The notes beneath the pieces are model-generated. The model was not told where the DNA came from, did no database searches, and saw nothing but the letters and a program-made list of their open reading frames with translations. Below, piece by piece: positions 38,225 to 52,100 of a stretch of 64,000 nucleotides of DNA (within the stretch, counting starts at the first letter, position 1; each line of letters opens with the position of its first letter). A program made the position numbers and the translations under genes. Location of the stretch: NCBI GenBank assembly GCA_951406725.2, contig OX597821.1, positions 116,684,001 through 116,748,000 of the forward strand. The letters run 5' to 3'. The DNA is from Octopus vulgaris (Eukaryota).

Positions 38225-39649
38225 TATATATATATAGGCACAGGAGTGGCTGTGTGGTACGTAGCTTGCTTACCATCCACGTAGTCCCGTGTTCAGTCCC
38301 ACTGCATGGCACTTTGGGCAAGTGCCTTCTACTATATCCTCAGGTTGACCAAAGCTTTGTGAATGGATTTGGTAGACGGAAAGTGAAAGAAGCCTGTCAT
38401 CATCATCATTATCACATCATCATCATATATATATATATATATGTATGTATGTGTGTGTGTATGTGTATTTATATGTATGTATGTGTGTATCTATCTATCT
38501 GTATATATATACATATTTATATGTATGTGTACACCTATATATGCCTGTATATGTGTGTGTGTGATGTTATATATTTGAATGACTTGGATATAGAAACAAT
38601 TGATAAATTGATGTTTATCTGTTAAAACTCTCCATTTTCTTCTTGTCATATATATATATATATATATGATGATGATGATGATGATATATATATATATGTG
38701 TGTGTGTGTATGTATATATATGCACACACACCATTGCTTCTTTATGTCCAATTTTTCATGCTTGCATGGATCAGGCAGAATTTATTGCCCTTCCCTGTCA
38801 CCAACCTTCTGCTGTTTCCAAGCAAAAGTAATATTTCCCCCATGTGGTCCAACATGTTTCTTTTATGGAAGACTGGAAGGATCTCTTCTAGCGTCCCAGA
38901 GCAATTTTGCTTACATCCATATCTCCTTTGCTGTCATACATTGGATGTGTTTGTCGTATCTGATGCTTACCTAAAATGCTGCAGCCTGTTTTTTAAAGTC
39001 ATTCAGTGATCCTTGAACTATAAATCATATATCTGGAGCAACGACCTCTCTGAATTCCTTTTATATTAATTTTCATAATAACCCACTCCTTGCCAACCAG
39101 TAATTGATGAAATGAGAACTAAATATCTAACTGGGTTGCAGACTAGTTTTTTTTTTTAATGAATGTAATTTCTTTCTCCTGTCATGAATTGAAAAAAAAA
39201 ATAAATAAATAAACCACAGAGTTTCATGTAGTAGTTACATAGAATGCATTGTCATCATCATGATCATCAGATGTAGCAGCCAATCAAGAATTTGGACCTG
39301 GAGATCCCCATTTCCAGCGTTTCGAGGGCCACCTCCCAGTGGTGTTGGGCGTCAACGAAGAGCCCTTAACTACAACAAGACGACCAAAGTTTTTTTTTTC
39401 CAAGGTCTGGGGTCTCCTGCCCCTAAGCCCTAGACCATCACCTAATCATTCTTACCCGTCTTGTTGCTTAACAACAACAACAACAACAACAGCAGCAGCA
39501 GCATTGCTTTATTGTCCACTTTTCCGTGCCGGCATGAGTCAGATGGATCTCATTGAGGTAGATTTTCTCCGGCTTGATGCCCTTCCTCTCCCAGTCCAAG
39601 CAAGGTCTGATTATTGCTCCATGGCTGGATATGTTTCCCAGTGTGTGGC

Positions 39650-39870
39650 TGTCATATATCTTGGACATTCAATGTGCCTAGACCATCCTGACTGAATATG
39701 TTGAGGGGAAGAGAGCAAGAGGTCATCAAGGATGTTTGTGGACTGATAGTGTCAAAAAGATGAACTGGACAAGCAAGAGCCTGGCTGATTGTATGCATAA
39801 GTACAACACAGAAGGGACTGGGGAGTCATGGCCAGCTGACCTCTGGACATAGGGATGGCAAATGGTAGAT
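39650..39870 (+). mobile_element. RTE-like LINE extreme 3' fragment
   Basis: YLGH...VEGKRARG...W-x-D-x-VK pattern typical of RTE C-termini. Confidence 0.5.
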
Positions 39871-39960
39871 GGATGCTAAAATATTATTTAAGGTAACCTG
39901 GTGCAGCCTCCTGGCTTGCTGTCCAACCCACGCCAGCGTGGACAGCAAACTTTACATGGT

Positions 39961-40384
39961 ACTCTTTTACTCTTTATTCTTTTACTTGATGCAGTCATTT
40001 TGACTGTGGCCATGCTGGAGCACCACCTTTAGTCGAGCAAATCGACCCCAGGACGTTTTTGTAAGCCTAGTACTTATTCTATTGGTCTCTTTTGCCGAAC
40101 CGCTAAGTTACGGGGGACGTAAACACACCAGCATCAGTTATCAAGCGATGTTGGTGGGGGACAAACACAGACACACACACATATACACACACATACATAT
40201 ATACATATATATACACATATACGACAGGCTTCTTTCAGTTTCCATCTACCAAATCCACTCACAAGGCTTTGGTCGACCCGAGGCTATAGTAGAAGACACT
40301 TGCCCAAGGTGCCGTGCAGTGCGACTGAACCCGATACTATGTGGTTGGTAAGCAAGCTACTTACCACACAGCCACTCCTACGCT
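39961..40384 (-). mobile_element. tRNA-derived SINE family 1, inverted copy
   Basis: Reverse complement of 40536-40950 over its whole length. Confidence 0.9.
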
Positions 40385-40535
40385 ACAATGATGATTATTG
40401 TTAAGTTAGCGTTAATGTCTTTAAGACATGGATTATCAATGTAAGTTAGCATTACTGTAGTTAATGCAGGGATTATTAGTTAGTTAAGTAGAATTAACAT
40501 GTTTAATCCAGAGATTGTTTCTATACAATCCTATA

Positions 40536-40950
40536 GGCGTAGGAGTGGGTGTGTGGTAAGTAGTTTGCTTATGAACCACATGGTTCCAGGTTCAGTCTCA
40601 CTGCGTGGCACCTTGGGCAAGTGTCTTCTACTATAGCCTCAGGCCAACCAAAGCCTTGTGAGTGAATTTGGTAGACGGAAACTGAAAGAAGCCTGTCGTA
40701 TATATGTATATATATATATATGTACGTGTGTGTATATGTTTGTGTGTCTGTGTTTGTCCCCCACCAACATCGCTTGACAACTGATGCTGGTGTGTTTATG
40801 TCCCCATAACTTAGCAGTTCGGCAAAAGAGACCGATAGAATAAGTACTAGGTTTACAAAGAATAAGTCCTGGGGTCGATTTGCTCGACTAAAGGCGGTGC
40901 TCCAGCATGGCCACAGTCAAATGGCTGAAACCAGTAAAAGAGTAAAGAGT
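40536..40950 (+). mobile_element. tRNA-derived SINE family 1 (most abundant; central microsatellite, GTAAAAGA tail)
   Basis: GGCGTAGGAGTGG..TGTGG/GGTTCAGTC head; other copies at about 13391-13760(+), 15140-15562(+), 19262-19668(+), 39961-40384(-), 45823-46243(-), 51530-51900(+), 55233-55636(-), 57234-57670(+). Confidence 0.9.
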
Positions 40951-41730
40951 ATACATTAGCATATTTAATGTATTAATTAATCATTATTAAAAGAAAATTA
41001 AATTAAAAATAAAAAATACAATACAATGAGAGAGAAGAAAAGCTGGAGAAAATATTTTATAAATTTCTAATATTTTTTTTTCTTTTCTTAGCAAGTAGCG
41101 AAGAAAGATCACATTGCTAAAATTAATTTGATAGCAACTGTGTGTTACTGCTACTACTAGCTGGTGTACCGAAGATGAATTGGTGTAATCTTAACTAATT
41201 TAATGCCTGGTGGCAGGTCTAACCCACACCTGGCTCACACACACACGCACATGTGTACTCTATCTGTTCTCCTTCACCCAAGTTAGTCCTTGAAAAGTAT
41301 TAAGGGGTGAGGTGTGTGTATATGTGTGTGTGTGGGGAGATCCCTGTGCAAAGTTTACAAGCCTACCAAATGCCAGTCGCTAGTAGTATTGGTATTAAAG
41401 ACCAATTTTTGTGTGATGGGAGAATAAGTTTTCTTTTTTTCACTTATCTGTTTTATTCCTTGAGTTGTATATGAAATTGTATATAGATTATACACACACA
41501 CACACACACACACATTCATACACACATACATGCATACACTCACACAGTGGCCTGGCAATGGAATTGGCTTAGGGGTTGCAAAATCAAGTCGAAAGTTTTT
41601 TACAAACAAGGCCGATTTTTTTTTTTCCAATCTTGATATCAAATCAAACACAGGCACAATAATATGTTTTCTTATTAAACATGGCAAAGTAATTCTTCAG
41701 ATCACTCCAAAAATTTTCCTATATTCGCAC

Positions 41731-42305
41731 ATGGCCTATGCTAGGGGTGTAACCAGTCCACTTATGCATGCCTTTTCTTCATTGGACACTAAACTCTGCT
41801 TGCGAAGACCGGTTGAGACAAGTGAAATCGAAATCGAAGTCGGAATCAAACTCGGTGACTGGCATCTATTGCTAGTGGAGCGCTAAGAGTACTGTACGAG
41901 TGAGATCATTGCCAGAGCAACAAACTGGCCTTCGTGCCGATGGCACGTTAAACACACCATTCGAGCGTGATCGTTACCGCGTTGCCTTACTAGCACTTGC
42001 GTTGGTGGCATGTGAAATATTTGAGTGAGGTCGTCACCAGTGCTGCTGGACTGGCTCCTGTGCAAGTGGCGCATAAAAAGTACCATTTGGGCGTGGCTGT
42101 TGCCAGTTCCACCAAACTGGCCCTCGTGCTGTTGGCACGTAAAAGCACCCACTACACTCGTGGAGTGGTTGGCATTAGGAAGGGCATCCAACTGTAGAAA
42201 CTCTGCCAGATCAGATTGGAGTTTGGTTCACCAGACCTCAGTCAAACCGTCCAACCCATGCTAGCATGGAAAGCAGATGTTAAATGATGATGATGATGAT
42301 GATGA
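41731..42305 (+). mobile_element. Non-autonomous RTE-tailed short element with internal minisatellite, (GAT)n tail
   Basis: Ends GGCATTAGGAAGGGCATCCA...CCAACCCATGCTAGCATGGAAAGCAGATGTTAAATGATGATGAT; many 5'-truncated copies (e.g. 6795-6990, 24801-25397(-), 26045-26310, 29652-30192(-), 59440-59790). Confidence 0.8.
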
Positions 42306-42556
42306 TTTTGGTGATGAAGTTAGTTTTCCAAGAGGATGTCTAAAGTTTTTTCATTGCATAAGATTTTCTGTACGTGCATTACAGCACAGTGTATCAGACG
42401 ATGTTGCTGCATAGTTTGGAGCCGAGCTCAGTGTTTTGGCAATGAAAAACATCCAGAATAACATTGGTTGGTGTCTCCAAAGTGTAGTCAGGAGAAATTC
42501 TTTGTGGACATCCTGGTTTTCAGAAACATAACAACAATAACTGATTTGGTGATAGT

Positions 42557-42906
42557 ATGTTGTCAACTTAATGTGACAGTCCCATAAAAGGGAAGAATGC
42601 TACTGTTATTTAGCCCTAGGAAACACTGTATCCTGTTGTACTTGACTCATTTCCTGTTTCCTTATGTCTTCAAAGTGAAGACAAGCACCTCCACCCAACA
42701 AAACCAGCATCCAGAGACTAGTTTCAGAATCATTGCTCATCATCAGTCTGGAGTAGCTTGGCTTGCCAACTGTCGATGCCTGTCTGCCTTTGAAAACATA
42801 AGGACAGAGGAAATGTGTCAAGTCCAACAGGAAACAGTGTTTCCAAGGGCTAAATAACAGTAGCATTCTTCCCTTTCATGAGACTCTCACATTAAGTTGA
42901 CAACAT
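42557..42906. mobile_element. Inverted-repeat element (119-bp arms, about 10 mismatches) enclosing a hammerhead motif
   Basis: 42557-42675 is the reverse complement of 42788-42906 with no indels; mirrored ORFs MLLLFSP(R/W)KHC on both strands. Confidence 0.9.
42710..42752 (-). ncRNA. Minimal type I hammerhead ribozyme motif
   Basis: Reverse complement: TCCAGA CTGATGA TGAGCAATGATTCT GAAAC TA GTC TCTGGA; 6-bp stem I, intact core, palindromic ACTAGT, GUC cleavage triplet; stem II weak. Confidence 0.7.
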
Positions 42907-43828
42907 GTTATCTTTTTATTGTGCATACATACATACAAACCGGTATTACATTCACAATATTGTGTATAAACACACACACACACATACATATGCCCGTGGG
43001 GGTGGGGCTGGCAGTGAATTTCGTTTCATTTTTGTTCACTTAGTTCATCTCCCCCTCCCTTTTTCTTCTCCCTCTCTCTCTCTTTCTCTTTTTCTGTCTC
43101 TTTATCCCTCTCTGCTTCTCTCTCTTTTATACTCCCTCTATCTCTCTCTCTCTCTCTCTCCCTCCCCCTCCTTCCCTCTCTTACACTTTATAATATTTCT
43201 ATCTCCTGCTTAACATTTCCCTCTCTAATTAGCCAAAAATGGCTTCCAGAGTTGAAAAAAAAAATTTTTGAAAAACCCTAACCCTAACATGTCACCCCCA
43301 ACTCTTCCCCCAGCCCTGCCTCCAACCCTACCTCCAGCTCTACCCCTAGCCCTTTTTTTCTCTACCTTTTCACTTCATGAAGTGGATGGGTTTTCTAGAT
43401 AAACCTAATGACCTATCAGAGGTGGTGGTGGTGGCGATGGCAGCAGTGCCGATAGTTGAGATGGTGGTGGTAGTTTTTTGGTATTAACAGGGGTAATATT
43501 TTGGGTTGAGATCATGTGATGATGTTTACCTTAGCCTAGAACCCTACTCCCACCCCTGTGCTCCATTTTTTTTTTTTTTGGCCCACAGCAGCATCCAAAT
43601 ATTTATCCAAAGATATGTATACAGAAAAATATTAAAAAAAGAAAAGAAAAAAAGATCACCTCAATGTTGTAATCAGTCTAAAATTCCTTCAAATAGAAGA
43701 AATAGGAGCTCAGGCATGGCAGCATGGTTAAGTAGCTCACTTATGAACCACATAGATTTCGGTCCAGTCCCACCGTGCAGCACCTGGAGCATGTGTCTTC
43801 TGCTATAGCCCCGAGCCAACCAATACTG

Positions 43829-43882
<54 letters not shown>

Positions 43883-44498
43883 ACATCATTATCATTTAAT
43901 GTCTATCTTACATGCTGGCATGGGTTGGACAGTTTGGCAAGAACTGGCAAGCCAGAGAGCTGCCCCAGCTGCAGCTGTTCTTTCCTGGCAGGATCTCTAC
44001 AGGTGCTGCACAGTGGGACTGAACCCAAAGCCTCATGGTTGCAAAGTGAGCTTCTCACCCCCACCCCCACCCCTACCTTCTACACCACACACCCAATGCC
44101 AAAAGCTCCAATTCCATCGCTTCTGTTTCTGTTCAAAGCCTACAAATTACAAAATGGTTTGGTTGCACTTTTGATGAGGAACTAGGCACTCCCTCCATTT
44201 CTTTCTTTCTTACTTTCTCTTTTATTCTCTCTTTCTCATTCCCCTTCCCCTTGCTCTTTTTCTCACCCTCCCGCTCTCTCTCTCATTCTTCCTCTCTTTC
44301 TCTTTCTCTCTTGTACTCTTTTTCTCTCTTTTCTCTTTCTCTCTCATTCCCACTCTTCTCTTTTTCTCTTTCTCACACTCCCACTCTCTCTTCTTCTCTC
44401 TCATTCCTCTCCTCTCTTTCTCTCTCTTTCTCACTGTCTCAGTTTCTGTCTCCCTGTCTCTACCCGTGGCTTTCTGTTTCTTTCTCTCTCTCTACCTG

Positions 44499-44544
<46 letters not shown>

Positions 44545-44694
44545 CTTCTTCCCCCTCCAATCTCCAAAATCTCCAGTCAAGACGTCCACATCATTTCCAG
44601 TCGATAATCAATCATCTTTAAGCTTTAATCTCCTTACATCACTCAACTTAATACCAACTCACAGCTATTGTCTTGGAATTAGGAAACAGCACAA

Positions 44695-44749
<55 letters not shown>

Positions 44750-44925
44750 ATACTTTGATGGAGGATTCCTTTCAATTAATCGTTTAATATTTCCCAGGAT
44801 TAAATCTGTTTGGAAATCCTACAGCATAACTATACAATCTCTTGAGCTGTTTCAGGAATTTAAATAACAAGAAGCCAGAATAAGAGAAATAAATGATAAT
44901 TTAACATTGGAATAGCATGTGCTTG

Positions 44926-44989
<64 letters not shown>

Positions 44990-45092
44990 CACACAAAGAA
45001 TACACACACTTAAATGGTACCATACACATACACACACAGACATACATGCACTTTTCAGAGGGTACTGCATGCATTTTTATTATAGCACCAGC

Positions 45093-45126
<34 letters not shown>

Positions 45127-45381
45127 ATGTATATATATATGTGTGTGTGTTTGTGTGTGTGTGTGTGTATGTGTGTGTGTTCACAAAGACTACACACACT
45201 TATATGGCACCATACACACAAACACACACACACACACACACACACACATATGTATGTATGTATGTATGTATGTGTGTGTATGTGTGTGTTCATACAAAGA
45301 ATGCACACTTATGGTACCACACACACACACACACACAGATTATTTAGAGGCTGCTATGTGCATTTTTATTATGGCACCACC

Positions 45382-45413
<32 letters not shown>

Positions 45414-45553
45414 GTAGTGTTCTCACAGAGAACACATTCACATGTATGTCATCATACACATATATTTATATGCACACATGTGCAAAGAAATACACACACA
45501 CACACATGCACTTTTCAGAGGGTGACCAGTGCATTATTATTACGGCATCAACA

Positions 45554-45587
<34 letters not shown>

Positions 45588-45822
45588 TGTGTGTGTGTGT
45601 TAGTAAACTACTGCCATCATTTGAAAGCAAATTATAATTTTGCAGACAGGCGCCCATAGTCTTGCTAATTGTTTCTGGTGCTTTTTCAGTCACGAGCAGA
45701 CATTGACAGAGTCTTGGTCCTGTCACCCTTGACGCAGCTGAACGTCCAGTTGTCACGTCTTTGTTTGAATACACATACATACATACATACATACATACAT
45801 GCACACACACACATATATGTAT

Positions 45823-46243
45823 ACTCTTTTACTCTTTTACTTGTTTCAGTCATTTGACTGCGGCCATGCTGGAGCACCGCCTTTAGTCGAGCAAATCGAC
45901 CCTGGGACTTATTCTTTGTAAGCCCAGTACTTATTCTATCGGTCTCTTTTGCCGAACCGCTAGTGACGGGGACGTAAACACACCAGCATCGGTTGTCAAG
46001 CAATGCTAGGGGGACAAACACAGACACACAAACACATACACACATACATATACATATATATATATATATATACATATATACGACAGGCTTCTTTCAGTTT
46101 CCGTCTACCAAATCCACTGACAAGGCATTGGTCGGCCCGGGGCTATAGCAGAAGACACTTGCCCAAGATGCCACGCAGTGGGACTGAACCCGGAACCATG
46201 TGGCTGGTTAGCAAGCTACTTACCACACAGCCACTCCTGTGCC
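45823..46243 (-). mobile_element. tRNA-derived SINE family 1, young copy
   Basis: CpGs retained; complete head and tail. Confidence 0.9.
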
Positions 46244-46265
46244 TATATATATATATACTCCTGCG

Positions 46266-46297
<32 letters not shown>

Positions 46298-48118
46298 AGC
46301 ACACACATACACACATGTATATGATGATGATTATATATAGATATAAATATATATAGACATATGTATATGCACACACACATACACATACACATGCACACTG
46401 CGAATCATGTGGTCTTGGGTTCATTTCCACTGCGTGGCACTTTGGGCAGTTGTCTTCTAAAATATCTTTTAGCTAACCAAATTCTTGTGAATAGATTTGG
46501 TAGCTGGAAACTGAAAGAAGCCCATTCTCTGGTATGTATGTGTGTTTGTGTGTGTGTGTATTTACTTATGTATGTATGGCACCTGTGCTTGTGACATGTA
46601 AAATGCACCATTTGAGTGTGACTAATGCCAGTGCCACCTGACTGGCACCCTTGCCAGTGACATGTAAAATGCACCATTTGAGTGTGGCTAACTTTGAAAT
46701 GGTAATGGATTTAGGAACCACTGCAGGCACAGGCATGGCTGTAGGGTTAAGAAGTTCGCTTCTCAATCATAGAGCTTTAGGTTCAGTTCCATTGTGCAGC
46801 ACCTTGGTCAAGTATCTTCTCCTATAGCTCTGGGCTGACCAAAGCTTTGAGAGGGAATTTGGGAGAAAGAAACTGAAAGAAGCCCATTATGTGTGTGTGT
46901 GTGTGTGTGTGTATGGCTATTTATGAATTATGTTGAGCTATGCCTAGAAACGGTGAGGTTTGTTGACACTTTCTGTCAAAATTGTCCAATAGCTCTGCAT
47001 CTTCAAATTCCTCTTTGGGTTGTGCTTTTGTGGTTTCTTTTCTTCTCACGATCCCAGAAGTCCTTCCATTGATTTGCTGTCAACCTCCCCCTTTACTCTT
47101 ATGGTGCTTATTGATATTAATTTGGTACTAATGTTGATGCTGCTGGCATTCCTGTCGTTACAGATATTCTTTTCTACTCTAGGCACAAGGCCCGAAATTT
47201 TTTGGGGAGGTGCGGGGGGCAGTCGATTAGATTGACCCCAGTTCGCAACTGGTACTTAAATTATCAACCCTGAAAGGATGAAAGCAAACAACCTCAGCGG
47301 AATTTGAACTCAGAACATAGCAACAGAGGAAATATTGCTAATCATTCTGCCCAGCGTGCTAACATTTCTGCCAGCTTGCTGCCTTCTGTTATTACAGCTA
47401 TTGTTGATGTTGTTGAAAGCATATCTCAGCAATTAGGGTATTTGACTCATGATCATAAGGTCGTGGGTTCAATTCCTGGTGGCACATTGTGCCTTTCAGC
47501 AAGCCACTGTATTTCGTATTCTTCCAGTTCACTCAGCTGGCAAAAATTGTCATACCTGTAATTCAAAAGGCCAGCCTTTTCACATTCTGTATCACACTGA
47601 ATCTTTCTGAGAATTATGTTAAGGGTAGGTGTGTCTTCAGGTACAACTCATTTTTGCCAGCTGAGTGAACTGGAGTAATGAGAAATAAAGTGTCTTGCTG
47701 AAAGGTGGCGAGTTGGCAGAAATGTTAGCACGCCGGGCGAAATGCTTAGCGGTATTTCATCTGCTGCGACGTTCTGAGTTCAAATTCCGCCAAGGTCGAC
47801 TTTGCCTTTCATCCTTTCGGGGTCGATTAAATAAGTACCAGTTAATCACTGGGGTCGATGTAATCAACTCAATCCATTTGTCTGTCCTTGTTTGTCCTCT
47901 CTGTTTTTAGCCCCTTGTGGGTAGTAAAGAAATAGGTATGTGTGTCTGTGGAGTATTCAGCCACTTGCATGCTAATTCCATGAGCCGATTGTTCCATTGA
48001 TCGGATCAATTGGAACTCTTGTCGTCATAACTGACAGAAATGCCAGTTTTTTTTTTTTCCGTTGCTGTTGTTATTGATGTTGCCATGATGTTGATTCATA
48101 AAATTTTTCTATTTTTAG

Positions 48119-48318
48119 GTAATATTGCCCTCCACATATTTCTTCCACACATCCGTGAATTGTATGACCTCGAGACCTTATGGGCTGTCGGAGCTGAACA
48201 CGATGACCTCTGCAAAGAGGCTGAAGAGAAATACATCATATCAAACCCAAGCTTGCTTTCTCAGAGAGGTTCAAACACCGAAGAGAAGCAAACGTCTGCC
48301 CAAACCACTCCGTCATAA
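48119..48318 (+). CDS. MALSU1: MALSU1 exon 4 (terminal coding exon)
   Basis: Acceptor TTTTTAG|; completes DL-G-NIALHIFLPHIRELYDLETLWAVG (canonical RsfS G-x-x-x-x-H-x-F...R-x-x-Y-x-LE-x-LW); stop TAA 48316-48318. Confidence 0.93.
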
Positions 48319-48485
48319 TAACTGAGGGAAGCACGCAGACACACACATGCATACGGGCACACCTATGTATACACATATATAAACACAAACTCTCAAAAAT
48401 ATTATTGGTTTTCCTAAACTTTGTAGAACCCCAACAATGAAGGTGTCCATTGTTTCTTTGTATTTATTATTTCTTCTGTAAGGAA

Positions 48486-48491
48486 AATAAA
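48486..48491 (+). terminator. Candidate polyadenylation signal of MALSU1
   Basis: AATAAA about 170 nt after the stop, followed by T/GT-rich sequence. Confidence 0.45.
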
Positions 48492-48545
48492 TTTATTTTA
48501 CTTATTTACTGATTGTTTTGCTTGTTATTTGTAGGATTGTGATCA

Positions 48546-48606
<61 letters not shown>

Positions 48607-48923
48607 AAGTTTGCTTTCTAACCGCATGGTTTTGGTTCAATTCTGCTGTGTGCCATTTTGGGCGAGTGACTTCTTTTATAGCTTTCAGACAGCCAAAGCC
48701 TTGTGAATAGATTTTGTAGAACAAAGCTGAAAGAGACCCAGTGTGTGTGAGTGAGTGCATGCATGTATGTATGTATGTATGTATGTATGTATGCATGCAT
48801 GCAGTTTATTTCAAGATTTCTTGCCAATAGAGAATGAGCTGGTTTCTAACCTAGATCCAAGGCTCCTTCATTGGAATTTCAACATCAACAACAAGGTATT
48901 TTTTGTATGCTTGTATGTATGTG

Positions 48924-49180
48924 TGGAGGCACATGGCCTGGTGGTTAGAGCAGCAGACTCGCGGTCGAGGGATTGCGGGTTTGAGTCTCAGACCGCGACT
49001 TCGGCAAGAAGGTGATGGCGAACTTCTGCTGACTCTTTCGCCACAATTTTCTCTCACTTTTTCCTCCTGCGTCTTGCAGCTCACCTGTGACGGACCGGCG
49101 TCCCGTCCAGGTGGGGAACCTATACGCCAAGGAAACCGGCCCTTATGAGCCAGGCATGGCTTGAGAAGGAATGAACAAAA
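48924..49180 (+). mobile_element. tRNA-derived SINE with V-domain-like core
   Basis: TGGCCTGGTGGTTAGAGC head; CCTGTGACGGACCGGCGTCCCGTCCAGG resembles the V-SINE motif. Confidence 0.6.
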
Positions 49181-52100
49181 CAATGTGTGTTTGTGTGTAT
49201 GTGTATGCATGCGTGTGCACATTTGTAAGTTTTGCTTTATGTATGTATTCTCATGCATACTGTTAGATATCTAGACACCTCTGTGTGTTTCTGTCTCCTT
49301 GCCTTGGCATTGGGTGATAGTTGTGAGTGTCACCATCATACAAGCAGTGTCCTTCATTTGCAATCTTCTGAGGGAACATGCTTGGCCTTGGAGAAGTGTT
49401 AGTGAGAAACTAGTGAGGGTTATTGACAGGAAAGGCATCTGGCTATAGAAAGTCCACCTCAACAAATTCTGTCTGATCTATACTAGAAGAGAAAAGATGG
49501 CATTAAATGATGATAAGAATCTTTATGTGTGTGTGTGTGTGTATTCATTTGTTATATGTGAATATCTTGTGGGTGTAATTTGGTCTCAGCGGACTGTGGA
49601 AGCTTGTTCTATATACTCTATTAACTCGTGTTTAAGTTATGCTTTTTGCACAATATTGTAAGAGAAAAATTAAACAGGAATGCAGCTTATATATGAGGCT
49701 AATGAACCTTGTGCAAGGAATTTGATCGTTATCGCAACCAGCTGTTATTATAAATGCTCAACTGTGCGAGGGAGGGAATTGCTCAGATGGAGTCAGTGAT
49801 TGTGAATAAATTACTATCATTTTTAATGTAAGAAAACTAAACCAGGAAAAGTTATTTTTTCTGAGCTAAGTGTTGGGGGAAGAAACAATGGAACAGTGTC
49901 AGTGAGAGAGAGAGAGAGAGAGAGAGTTGCAATGGAGCTGTGTTAGACCCAGGTCATTGTACACAACATCAAAGGAAGAGAGAAAGCAGGAAAGAAGAGA
50001 GAAAACATGAAACAGCCATATATCCCAGTCAAGTAACCAATCATGAGCAGCCAATAAGAATGACTGATCTATAGAGAAAAAATGCAAACGGTCCTTGAAC
50101 ATCTCTCTGTCTGTCTTTCTATGTATGTATGTGTGTGTATATATATATATATAGGGAGAGTTTATGAAAAAAGCAAAAGGCGAAGACAGGTGGGGTACAA
50201 AACAAACAGATGTATTAGTATAATGCTCAGGAATAGAAAAAGTCTTTTACATTTCAAGCCAATGTTCTTCCACAGAAAGGGACACGCATATAGACCACCA
50301 ACCTCACAAATTAGGCGCAGTGAGATCATGTCAGTGACCAGGTTGCAGTTCATGCAGCGAAAATTTTAGTACCAAATGATGAATATTTAAATTAACAGAT
50401 TTTGTGGGTCATTGAGTGGCATATGTGTGTCTTCCATGCTGCAAATGTTGAATAAAATGACCGAGCTGGAATCTTAATACTTCTGACGACAATTTCATTT
50501 AAGGGTTCGTAACCCCAAATTAGTTTAGAGAAAATTATGACAGTTATTTGTGTTTTATCATCAGTTTCTGTTGGAATCATGAGCATAGATAGTCTGCAGT
50601 ATGCTACTTTTTACTCTGTGCACTTGGCCTTACTGGCACTTGTGCCGATGGCACATGAAAAGACATTTGAGCGAGGTCGTTGCCAGTGCCGCTGGACTGG
50701 CTCCTGTGCAAGTGGCACATAAAAAGCACCATTTGAGCGTAGCCGTTGCCAGTACCCACTACACTCTCGGAGTGGTTGGCGTTAGGAAGGGCATCCAGCT
50801 GTAGAAATTCTGCCAGATCAAGATGAACAGTATGCACATGTAAAAAACTATCTTTTTTAAAAATCTTAAGAACTTCCAGATCTATATATATACCAAGAGC
50901 GAGATATTTTCATCATGTCCACACTTTATAAAAAACATTTTAGCAGGAATTAAAGATAAACCACTAGACTGATCATAACCTCATTCCAGTGTTGGTTATT
51001 GAAAGTTTTGACACATGTAAAACACTGCCTATTTGCTGGGCAGTTATTGGTTGTCTCTCCGTGTGTGTGTGTGTGTGTGTGTTTGTATATCCTTGTCTTG
51101 ACATCACATGATTGTTGTAAAAGAGAGTCACTGTTATACAAGCAGTGTTCAATTCATTTCCAGTATTCTGGAAACAGTTATGGCTTGGTGACAGGAAGGA
51201 CATCCAGCCATAGAAAATCTACTTCAGTAAACATCTGCCCCATTGCTGCATGGAAAAGTAGACGTTAAAAGGATGACGAGGAGGAGGGTGTCCATATCAG
51301 TACAACTCAGTTCCCCTGCAAACATTGGTTAATGCCTTCATTGCCCCAGACATGTTCTTGTTTCACTTCAGCTCTGTCCATGACCCAAGTTAATTATTGT
51401 ATCCGATGGCTGTTAAGATGCCATCAGATACAGTAATTATCTCAAAAAATCAACCTGGGTCCTTTATGTGAAGTTGGGGCTTCCATAAGCTAATTTTGTC
51501 CTTAATCGCTCGCTATTTTCTGAATGTAGCACAGGTGTGGCTGTGTGGTAAGAAGCTTGCTTTGCGACCACATGGTTCTGGGTTCAGTTCCATGACATGG
51601 CACTTTGGGCAAGTGTCTTCTACTATAGCTTCAAGCCAACCAAAACCTTATGAGTGGATTTGGTAGACGGAAACTGAAAGAAGCCTATCATATGTATGTG
51701 TGTGTGTCTGTGCTTGTCTCTTGCCACTATTCCACTGTAACTTAGCAGTTCAGCAAAAGAGATCAGTAAAAGAGAATAAGTACCAGATTTTAAAAAAAAT
51801 ATAAGTACTGTGGTCAGTTCATTTGACCAAAAATTCTTCAAGGTGGTGCCCCAGCATGGTCACAGTCTAATGCCTGAAACAAGTAAAAGCTAAAAGCTAA
51901 AAAATGCGCTGCTGAAATTATTGTGCCTCCAATATGCTCGTGTGCCTCTTATGCCATCATATACCCCCAGCCGTCACTCTTGTTTCACACCTGAGTCTCA
52001 TTGTCATGTAGTGTCATCATACTTTTTATTATACAAAGAGAGAGAGGGAGGGGGTGGAGCGGTAGGGGGTGGACATAAAGACACCTTGTGGCTGGCAGGT

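Noticed and set aside
39314-39342. Hammerhead-like GAGG..CCTC-GAAAC on the minus strand
   Set aside because: CUGANGA core is missing (CTGG only); at best a dead remnant.
43274-43289. AACCCTAACCCTAAC telomere-like motif
   Set aside because: Only about two units, interstitial; probably part of a repeat or chance.
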